Shown here: positions 27,611 through 35,034 of the stretch, in pieces | Layout: each line of letters begins with the position of its first letter | Numbering within the stretch: position 1 is the stretch's first letter | Assembly (NCBI GenBank): GCA_937915455.1 | Contig: CALDNN010000196.1 | Coordinates: 8,945 to 72,944 of the forward strand | Direction: 5' to 3' | Source of the DNA: an uncultured Clostridia bacterium | Lineage (GTDB): Bacteria > Bacillota > Clostridia > Christensenellales > CAG-138 | Length of the DNA stretch: 64,000 nucleotides | Notes under the pieces: generated by a model | What the model was told of the DNA's origin: nothing | Database searches by the model: none | What the model saw: only the letters and a program-made list of their open reading frames with translations | Translations under genes and position numbers: made by a program

Positions 27611-28478
27611 TATGACGGTTTACGAGGAGATCGCGCGTAAACATGCGGCTAAGCGATCGCAAACGGGCGGCAGGCTCTCGGGCAGGGTCGCCCTGGTCAC
27701 GGGCGGCGCACAGGGCTTTGGCAGGGGCATCGCACAGGAACTATACCGCGAGGGCGCTTCCATATGCATCGCCGATCTCAACGGACCGCTGGCCCAGCAA
27801 ACGGCAGGGGAGATGGGCGAGCGCGCCTTTGCCGTGAAAACGGACGTGACGGATGAGCAAAGTGTGGCGGCGATGATCGCTGCCTGCGTGGAGCGCTTCT
27901 ATGGCCTCGATATCCTGGTCTCTAATGCCGGTATCCTCAAGGCCGGTTCGCTCGATGAAATGGAGAAGCGGGATTTCGAGCTGGTGACCAGCGTTAATTA
28001 TACGGCGTATTTCACCTGCGTCAAATACGCCAGCCGCATTATGAAGGCGCAGCACGAAGCCGCGCCTGAAGAATTTTACGACATTATCGAGATCAATTCC
28101 AAATCGGGCCTTGCGGGCAGCAAAAAAAACTTTGCCTACGCGGGGAGCAAGTTTGGCGGCATCGGTCTCACGCAGAGCTTCGCCCTGGAGCTTGCGCCCT
28201 ATAACATAAAGGTCAACGCCATCTGCCCGGGCAATTTTTACGATGGACCGCTGTGGAGCGACCCGGAGAAGGGCCTCTTTGTGCAATACCTGCGCGCGGG
28301 CAAGGTGCCCGGCGCGAAAACGCTGGCAGATGTTAAGACGCATTACTTAAACAAATCCCTCATTAAGCGCGGCTGCACGCCAGAGGACGTAGCCAAGGCC
28401 ATCTTCTACTGCGTGGAGCAAACCTTTGAAACCGGGCAGGCGATCCCGGTTACGGGCGGGCAGGTGATGCTCAGATGA
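27603..28478 (+). CDS. Short-chain dehydrogenase/reductase, RhaW-like (probable L-lactaldehyde dehydrogenase half of RhaEW)
   Basis: 291 aa. VTGGAQGFG cofactor motif and a YAGSK catalytic tetrad segment. GGAGGT lies 8 nt upstream. 8-nt overlap with rhaB. Confidence 0.75.
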   Translation: MLDMTVYEEIARKHAAKRSQTGGRLSGRVALVTGGAQGFGRGIAQELYREGASICIADLNGPLAQQTAGEMGERAFAVKTDVTDEQSVAAMIAACVERFYGLDILVSNAGILKAGSLDEMEKRDFELVTSVNYTAYFTCVKYASRIMKAQHEAAPEEFYDIIEINSKSGLAGSKKNFAYAGSKFGGIGLTQSFALELAPYNIKVNAICPGNFYDGPLWSDPEKGLFVQYLRAGKVPGAKTLADVKTHYLNKSLIKRGCTPEDVAKAIFYCVEQTFETGQAIPVTGGQVMLR

Positions 28479-29542
28479 TCGATCAATTGCTGCTCGATAA
28501 GCTTAACGCCCCCACCAAAGAGGAGCGGCTCTCCGCCCTGCGTACCGCCCTGCAAACGGCGGCCTTCCCGCCGATGGACGAGCGGCTCGTGAACAACCAC
28601 ATCCACACCACCTTCTCCTTTTCGCCCTATTCGCCCACGGCCGCGGTCTATGCCGCACGGGCGGAGGGGCTTTGCACCTGCGGTATTGTCGATCACGATT
28701 CCATGGGTGGGGCGGAGGAATTCATTGAGGCGGGCAAGCTCGTTGGCATCCCCACCACGGTCGGCGTCGAGTGCCGCGTTTCCATGGCTGGAACCCCCTT
28801 TGAAAACCTTCGCACCAACAACCCCGATCAGTTGGGCGTGAGCTATATGGCCCTGCACGGCGTGCCGCACAGATCCATCCCCTATATACAGGCCTTTTTC
28901 GCCCCCCTGCGGGAAAAGCGCAACAATCGCAACCGCGAAATGCTCGATCGCATTAACGCCGAAATTGGCGTATCGCTCGATTTTGAACGCGATGTGCTGC
29001 CGCTTTCGCAATACGCGAACGGAGGCACGGTCACCGAGCGCCACCTGATGCAGGCGCTGGCGCGCAAGCTCGAGCCGCATAATGCCATGCTGGCAGAATA
29101 CGGCCTCATCGGCACGCTCAAAAAGGACTGCATCCCCAAGGTTTACATCCCCGCCACGGCGGAATGCCCGCGCCTTGATGAGATCGTGGGCCTGGGCAAG
29201 GAGACCGGGGCCATCCTCTGCTACGCCTATTTGGGGGATGTTACGGCTTCCGTCACAGGCGATAAAAAGGCGCAACGCTTTGAGGATGAAAATCTCGAGC
29301 TGCTGTTCGAAACGCTCGTGGAGCGCGGCGTTCGCGCCCTCACCTATATGCCCACCCGCAATACGGACGCACAGCTTGACAGGCTTCGCGCGCTCTGCGA
29401 GCGCTACGGCTTTTTGCAGGTGAGCGGCGAGGATATCAACTCGCCCCGCCAGAGCTTCGTCATTGAAAAAATGCACGAACCGCGCTTTGCGAATCTTATC
29501 GAAAGCACCTGGGCAATCATCCGCAACGAAACGGAGGAATAA
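28475..29542 (+). CDS. PHP-domain (polymerase/histidinol-phosphatase superfamily) metal-dependent phosphoesterase, function unknown
   Basis: 355 aa. NNHIHTTFSFSPYSP (HxH) and GIVDHDS motifs. ATGA overlap with the SDR gene. Confidence 0.7.
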   Translation: MIDQLLLDKLNAPTKEERLSALRTALQTAAFPPMDERLVNNHIHTTFSFSPYSPTAAVYAARAEGLCTCGIVDHDSMGGAEEFIEAGKLVGIPTTVGVECRVSMAGTPFENLRTNNPDQLGVSYMALHGVPHRSIPYIQAFFAPLREKRNNRNREMLDRINAEIGVSLDFERDVLPLSQYANGGTVTERHLMQALARKLEPHNAMLAEYGLIGTLKKDCIPKVYIPATAECPRLDEIVGLGKETGAILCYAYLGDVTASVTGDKKAQRFEDENLELLFETLVERGVRALTYMPTRNTDAQLDRLRALCERYGFLQVSGEDINSPRQSFVIEKMHEPRFANLIESTWAIIRNETEE

Positions 29543-29544
29543 AA

Positions 29545-30837
29545 GTGAACCTTTCCTATTTGCACCCGGCGGATCAACTGGTGATGTTCATGCAGCGCAT
29601 CTACGACAAGGGGCTGACCACCACCTCGGGCGGCAATCTTTCCATCCTGGATGAAGAGGGCAATCTCTGGATCACCCCAGCGGGCATCGACAAGGGCACC
29701 TTAACGCGGCAGGATATCATCTGTATCCGGCCGGACGGAACCGCCATCGGCCCGCATAAGCCCTCGAGCGAGCTGCCCTTTCACCAATCCATCTATAAAA
29801 AGCGTGAGGATATCAAGGCTGTGTTGCACGCGCACCCGCCAGCGCTGGTGGCCTTTTCCATCGTGCGCAAAACCCCCGCGCTGGGCCTGATTCCTTCCGT
29901 ATATAAGACCTGCGGCGACGTGGCCATGGCGTCCTACGCCCTACCCGGCAGCGAGGAGCTGGGCGATAACATTGCGGCGGAATTTGAAAAGGACGTCAAC
30001 ATCGTAATGCTCGAGAACCACGGCGTATGCATTGGCGCGAAGGATATGTTCACGGCCTTTATGATGTTCGAAACGCTCGAATACACGGCCAACCTCGAAA
30101 TGCTCGCCTGCAGGCTGGGCAAGCCCAATGCGCTGGATGCGGCCTCTTTTGCCGTAACGGAGACCCGTTACCACCTGCGCATGGATGATTTCATCCCCAA
30201 TGCCAGGAGTTCCGAGGAGTTGGCTGCGCGGCGCGATATGGTCACCCTCATCCACCGCTCGTACCGCCAGGGGCTGTTTACGGCCACGCAGGGTACCTAC
30301 TCCGTGCGCCTCGCGGACGGCAGTTTTCTCATCACCCCGTTTGGTAAAGACCGCGCCTATCTCAATGAAGAGGACCTCGTGCGCGTGAAGGCGGGCATGA
30401 AGGAGCAGGGGAAGACCCCGTCTCGCGCCGTGCGGGTGCACGAGTTGATCTACGAAAAGAACCCCCATGTCAACGCCGTGCTGCTGGCGCACCCGCCCAA
30501 GGCCATGGCCTTTGCCGTTACGGATGCTCCCTTTGACCCGCGCACTATACCGGAGAGCTACATCCTCCTACGCGATATCGAGAAGCGGCCGTTTTGCGAG
30601 CTTTACACAGCGCCCGAAAAGGTGGCTACGGAATTTAAAGAAAACCGGCCCGCGCTCATCTTCCACAACGACTGCGTGATCGTGACCGGTGGCACGCTTT
30701 TGCAGGCCTTTGACCGGCTGGAGGTGCTGGAATCCACAGCCCATTCCATTTTGAATGCCGTGGATCTGGGACCTGTGGCGCATATCTCGGAAACCGAGGT
30801 GGAGGGGCTCAAAACAGCCTTCCATCTGAAAGACTGA
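29545..30837 (+). CDS. Tandem (two-domain) class II aldolase/adducin-family protein; N-domain catalytic, C-domain degenerate
   Basis: 430 aa with a GTG start 6 nt after GGAGGA. The N-domain has PSSELPFH, HAHP and ENHG. The C-domain shows PSRAVRVH, LAHP and FHND at the equivalent positions. Confidence 0.8.
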   Translation: MNLSYLHPADQLVMFMQRIYDKGLTTTSGGNLSILDEEGNLWITPAGIDKGTLTRQDIICIRPDGTAIGPHKPSSELPFHQSIYKKREDIKAVLHAHPPALVAFSIVRKTPALGLIPSVYKTCGDVAMASYALPGSEELGDNIAAEFEKDVNIVMLENHGVCIGAKDMFTAFMMFETLEYTANLEMLACRLGKPNALDAASFAVTETRYHLRMDDFIPNARSSEELAARRDMVTLIHRSYRQGLFTATQGTYSVRLADGSFLITPFGKDRAYLNEEDLVRVKAGMKEQGKTPSRAVRVHELIYEKNPHVNAVLLAHPPKAMAFAVTDAPFDPRTIPESYILLRDIEKRPFCELYTAPEKVATEFKENRPALIFHNDCVIVTGGTLLQAFDRLEVLESTAHSILNAVDLGPVAHISETEVEGLKTAFHLKD

Positions 30838-30870
30838 CCCAACGATGACTATTATTTGGAGGTGTTTGCT

Positions 30871-32133
30871 TTGAAAACGAAGGCGGTGCGCCTATACGGC
30901 GTGAACGATCTAAGGCTCGAGGAGTTCGAGCTGGGCCCTATAGGCGATGACGACGTGCTCTGCGAGGTGATGTGCGATAGCCTCTGCATGTCGAGCTACA
31001 AGGAAGCTTCGCAGGGTGCGGCGCACAAGCGCGTGCCGGACGACGTAGCGGAGAACCCCGTCATCGTGGGTCATGAGTTTTGCGGCAGGATCGTGGAGGT
31101 GGGTAAAAACTGGCGCCATAAATACCGGCCGGGCCAGGGCTTTGCCATCCAGCCCTCGCATTTTTATCAGGGTTCGCTATCCGCGCCCGGCTATTCCTAT
31201 CCGCTCTGCGGCGGCGATGCTACGTATGTAAAAATTCCCCTGGAAACCCTGCTCTCAGACTGCCTGCTGCCGTATGAGAGCGATACCTTCTTTTATGGTT
31301 CGCTGGCGGAACCGATGAGCTGCATCGTGGGCACCTACCACGCTATGTACCACACAGAGCTCGGCAGCTACGAGCATAAGATGGGCATCGTGGATGGCGG
31401 CAAGCTGGCCCTTCTTGCAGGCGCCGGGCCCATGGGCCTGGGTGCAATCGACTATGCGCTCCACAGCGAGCGCAGGCCCGGCCTGCTCGTGATAACGGAT
31501 ATTGATGACGAGCGTCTGGCCCGTGCCGAAAGCATCTATACCGTAGAACATGCGGCGGCCTGCGGCATAGAACTTAAATATGTGAATACGGCCAAAACTG
31601 AAAGCCCGGTGGCGGCCCTGTTGGAACTGACGGGCGGCACGGGCTATGACGACGTGATCTGCTTCGCACCCGTGCGAGCGGTGGCGGAGCAGGCGGACGC
31701 CATCCTAGGCCAGGACGGCTGCCTCAACTTCTTCGCCGGCCCCTCGGATACATCCTTTACCGCGGGCATGAATTTCTATAACATCCACTATGCAGGCCAT
31801 CACGTGATGGGCACCTCGGGCGGCAATACGGATGACATGCGCGAATCCATCGCCCTGATGAACGCGGCTAAGCTTAACCCCGCCGCCATGATCACCCACA
31901 TCGGCGGGCTTAACTGCGTGCCGGAAACCACCATCAACCTGCCGCACATCGCAGGTGGCAAAAAACTCGTCTACACGCACCTTGATATGCCACTCACAGC
32001 CCTTGCTGAATTTGAGCAAAAGGGCCGGGATGACCCGCTGTTTGCCGGGCTCGGCCGCATCGTCAAGGAGCATGGCGGCATGTGGTGCGCGGAGGCGGAG
32101 CAATACCTGCTCGCGCACGCAAAAACCGAATAG
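30871..32133 (+). CDS. Zn-dependent medium-chain dehydrogenase/reductase, L-sorbose-1-phosphate-reductase-like
   Basis: From ORF 30856..32133. Likely TTG start (MKTKAVRLYG) 6 nt after GGAGGTG. Contains CDSLCMSSYK, GHEFCGRIVEVG and the Rossmann motif GAGPMGLG. Confidence 0.75.
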   Translation: MKTKAVRLYGVNDLRLEEFELGPIGDDDVLCEVMCDSLCMSSYKEASQGAAHKRVPDDVAENPVIVGHEFCGRIVEVGKNWRHKYRPGQGFAIQPSHFYQGSLSAPGYSYPLCGGDATYVKIPLETLLSDCLLPYESDTFFYGSLAEPMSCIVGTYHAMYHTELGSYEHKMGIVDGGKLALLAGAGPMGLGAIDYALHSERRPGLLVITDIDDERLARAESIYTVEHAAACGIELKYVNTAKTESPVAALLELTGGTGYDDVICFAPVRAVAEQADAILGQDGCLNFFAGPSDTSFTAGMNFYNIHYAGHHVMGTSGGNTDDMRESIALMNAAKLNPAAMITHIGGLNCVPETTINLPHIAGGKKLVYTHLDMPLTALAEFEQKGRDDPLFAGLGRIVKEHGGMWCAEAEQYLLAHAKTE

Positions 32134-32211
32134 CGGGCGCATAGCAGCCACATAGATTGGAAGCGATTTCCGTGCCGGAGGTGCTTTTGCACCCCGGCGC
32201 AGCTTTGCTTC

Positions 32212-32237
32212 CTTGAACCCCTGGCCTCTTGAACCCC
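32212..32237 (+). repeat. Direct repeat CTTGAACCCC x2 (16-bp period), second copy part of a CTTGAA/TTCAAG hairpin
   Basis: Exact 10-mers at 32212..32221 and 32228..32237. Palindrome arms at 32228..32233 and 32239..32244. Sits in the 300-bp non-coding gap upstream of the MBL hydrolase gene. Confidence 0.6.
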
Positions 32238-32433
32238 ATTCAAGAATGCTTTTGCGTCTCGACGCGGCTTCGCCTCCGGTAGAAAACGGTTGGGACGCAC
32301 CCCATCCGGCGTGTTATGCTGATAGGGAAAACCTCGGGTCAAAGGCCGCTTGCGGCCCGGACCGCAAAAGGAGAATGCCTTATGATATCCATGACCGGCC
32401 GCGCCTGTGCCGCGATTATGGGCTGATCCGCTC

Positions 32434-33228
32434 ATGGCGAGGAACAAGAACGCGATAACCATTACCCTGCTGGCAAACGCCGGCCTTATAGTAGAACACG
32501 CCGGCACACGCATCCTTATCGACGGCCTGTTTGCAAGGCAGGGCCATCCGTTCAGCACCCTGCCAACCAACATGTATGATGAAATGATGCGGGGGGAGGG
32601 GCTATTTGCGCAGGCCGATTACCTGGTTTTTTCCCATGGCCATCCGGATCATTACGACCCGGAGGCCGTGGCGCAATATCTGCAAAGGAACCGCGTGCGC
32701 GGCCTGTTCCTGCCCCCGGATGCGGGCGGCTGCAACGCACCGGCCAAGGAGGCTGCCAGGGCGCAGGGCGCGTATGTTTGGGAATCCGGCTTGGAGTTGG
32801 GGCAGGCGCATGCCTGCGAACTGCAAAGCGGCCTCCGGCTGGAACTGCTGGCCTTGCCGCATATGGAGATGGGCTCTTTCAGCGCATATGGGCAGGTGGA
32901 TTGCAGCTGCATCCTGCTGGAGTTTGACGGCCGCAGCCTGTTCTTTGGCGGCGATTGTGACGCCCTGCCGCCGGCGCGCTTCGCGCCCTTTACTCAAACC
33001 GAGATCGAGGCGGCTTTCATCAACCCTTATTTTTACCATACGGCCCGGGGCCGGGCCGCCCTGTGCAACTATATCCGGCCCAGGCATACTTTTATCTGCC
33101 ACCTGCCCTTTGCGGGGGAGGAAGACACCCTGCAGCTGCACGCCCTGCTACGGCATGATCTACGCCGCGCAGAGGGCCCGGCCGCCGTACCGCTGGACGG
33201 GCTATGCCAGCAGGCCGTTCTGGCGTGA
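32434..33228 (+). CDS. MBL-fold metallo-hydrolase
   Basis: From ORF 32407..33228. Start uncertain: GTG at 32407 or ATG at 32434. HxHxDH motif SHGHPDHYD. Confidence 0.75.
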   Translation: MARNKNAITITLLANAGLIVEHAGTRILIDGLFARQGHPFSTLPTNMYDEMMRGEGLFAQADYLVFSHGHPDHYDPEAVAQYLQRNRVRGLFLPPDAGGCNAPAKEAARAQGAYVWESGLELGQAHACELQSGLRLELLALPHMEMGSFSAYGQVDCSCILLEFDGRSLFFGGDCDALPPARFAPFTQTEIEAAFINPYFYHTARGRAALCNYIRPRHTFICHLPFAGEEDTLQLHALLRHDLRRAEGPAAVPLDGLCQQAVLA

Positions 33229-33356
33229 AGCTGGGGCGATAATCGAGCATTTCGCGCCGGATGTTATCATCCGGGGCCGTGAACTGCACGAGGCTAAGAG
33301 CGTGCAGGCCGCCCTCTGGCAACTAAAAAGGAATGACTGGGTGTAAATTAAATGGC

Positions 33357-33391
33357 GCGGCGCGGATGCATATCCGCGCCGCCGTGCTTTT
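33357..33391. terminator. Bidirectional terminator between the MBL hydrolase and GNAT genes
   Basis: GGCGCGGAT / ATCCGCGCC extended stem with loop GCAT. T-run on the plus side and A/T-rich on the other. Confidence 0.7.
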
Positions 33392-33403
33392 AAGAGGTGC
33401 TGC

Positions 33404-33973
33404 TTATTCGGCCGCTTTGTAATATTTGGAAGTATCGCAGCCCAGCTCGTAATAGTGGTTGTTGTTGAAATCGAAGCTTTTGATTACATCCAGCCCCAGC
33501 TTGCGGGTGTGCGCTTGGTAGGAGCGGGGATTGATGTGGTTGATGAAGGTGATGAGGATGGGGTAGCGCTTACCCATCTGCTCTGCGGAAAAGGCGAAGA
33601 GCCTAGGCAACACCTCCGTGCCCCGGTAATCCTTATCAACGCAAACGGGGCCGTATTGGTAGGAATTCTCCACAGAAAGGGTTCGGCCCTTGTATTGTGT
33701 GTGTGGCAGGTCTTGAATCATGTGCTGGAAAAGCGGCCATTTGGACCAGTATTCCCAGGAAGCGGCCATGGCGTAGGCGGCGACGCGCGCCCCGTCGCAG
33801 GCCAGGGCGATGCCATTTTCCTTTTCGATCAGCTCTTTGAACTGTTCTTCCGTAAATAAGGTGGTGACAAAGCCGTCCTTTTTATCTTCCTCGCTGATGG
33901 TGGAAACGTGGTATTTCTTTTGCAGCTCGAAAATAGCAGGGATGTCCTCAATCGTGGCGTTGCGGTAGATCAT
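33404..33973 (-). CDS. GNAT-family N-acetyltransferase
   Basis: Starts MIYRNATIEDIPAIFELQ. An acetyl-CoA binding region lies in the second half. Confidence 0.75.
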   Translation of the reverse strand: MIYRNATIEDIPAIFELQKKYHVSTISEEDKKDGFVTTLFTEEQFKELIEKENGIALACDGARVAAYAMAASWEYWSKWPLFQHMIQDLPHTQYKGRTLSVENSYQYGPVCVDKDYRGTEVLPRLFAFSAEQMGKRYPILITFINHINPRSYQAHTRKLGLDVIKSFDFNNNHYYELGCDTSKYYKAAE

Positions 33974-34301
33974 AGCGTCCTCCCTCAAATGGTGTATTCA
34001 TGATTTATTTATTATTCTATCATGGAAGGCAGATTTTTGAAGCCCCCTATTTCGACAGGCCTTGGGCCGCGGTTTTTGCTTAATATGATTCAAATCTTTT
34101 GGGAAAGATGGTAGAATGAAAAACAAACGAAAAACGCGGGCTAAAGAGGTGGGGGCGCATGAAAAAACTGACGAATATGGTGGCTAACAGCGGCGCTTGC
34201 GGATTGCCGGGCCTACGGCGCGCGTTTTACGCGGGCGCTGTAAGCGCGGCGGTACAGAAAAAACCAACAAAAGAATATATAGAATAACAAGGAGGATCAC
34301 C

Positions 34302-34490
34302 ATGAAAGCGACATTGGATCGAAGCGGCTGCATTTCCTGCGGTATGTGCGCAGATACCTGCCCCGAGGTTTTCCGTATGGCTGAGGATGGGGTGGCCGAA
34401 GTGTACCGGGAGGACGTACCCCCTGAGGCCGAAGAGAGCGCCGTCGAGGCGCAGGAGGGCTGCCCGGTTTCTGTGATCACAGTGGAATAG
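34302..34490 (+). CDS. Small ferredoxin (single [4Fe-4S]/[3Fe-4S] cluster type)
   Basis: 62 aa, with GGAGG 6 nt upstream. CISCGMCADTCP plus a distal CP. Confidence 0.85.
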   Translation: MKATLDRSGCISCGMCADTCPEVFRMAEDGVAEVYREDVPPEAEESAVEAQEGCPVSVITVE

Positions 34491-34536
34491 CTTTTGCAAA
34501 CCAATCCCCCGGCCAAGCCGGGGGATATTGATTTGC

Positions 34537-34895
34537 TTATACGTCCAATCGCATGGAGCAGGATATCTCCAGCCCTTTTTCCTTCATATAGCCAGCGCCC
34601 CATTCATACATGGCGGTTAGGATAGGCTTAAGGCTCTTGCCCCGCGCCGTGAGCGAATATTCCACTTTGGGCGGAACCACCGGAAAGACCTCGCGTGCGA
34701 GCAGGTCATCCGCCTCCAGCTCGCGCAGCTGCTGCGTGAGCATCTTAGGCGTAGCCGCAGGGATCAGCCGCTGCAGCTCCCATGGCGCAGCGTACCGCTT
34801 AAAAGGTGCCAGAGGATCAGCGACTTGTACTTGCCGCCGATCAGGCGCAAAGTCGCGTCCACAGGGCAATGCAGGCAGGTTTCGTCGCATTTCAT
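34537..34895 (-). pseudogene. HxlR-family transcriptional regulator, interrupted by a 1-nt frameshift
   Basis: From the ATG at 34895 the frame reads [39 protein letters not shown]. The remainder, [44 protein letters not shown], continues in another frame (ORF 34537..34890). The junction is a CCC run at 34779..34781; one more C would restore the frame. Confidence 0.75.
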
Positions 34896-35034
34896 GAAGA
34901 ATTCCTCCTTACTATCATTTTGGATAGTATTGCACAATAAAGTACATACTTGTCATTATGAATATTATGGTTACAATAATAATATGACGGCTGGAAGCTG
35001 TCAAGGCCAAATGTGAGGAACGAGGTGATCCCGT

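Noticed and set aside
32260-32280. A short shared motif, GGCTTCGCC / GGCTTCCGCC / GGCTTCGCGC, in three GC-rich non-coding gaps (32.27 kb, 50.52 kb, 60.37 kb), considered as a dispersed repeat family.
   Set aside because: Only ~10-14 nt are shared and I could not extend the alignment by eye. That is insufficient to call a repeat without a genome-wide search.
34116-34287. Two small ORFs (23 and 42 codons) upstream of the ferredoxin gene.
   Set aside because: They have no recognisable motifs, overlap each other in different frames and have low-complexity composition. The region is more likely the ferredoxin 5' UTR, downstream of a TGGTAGAAT extended -10 box.
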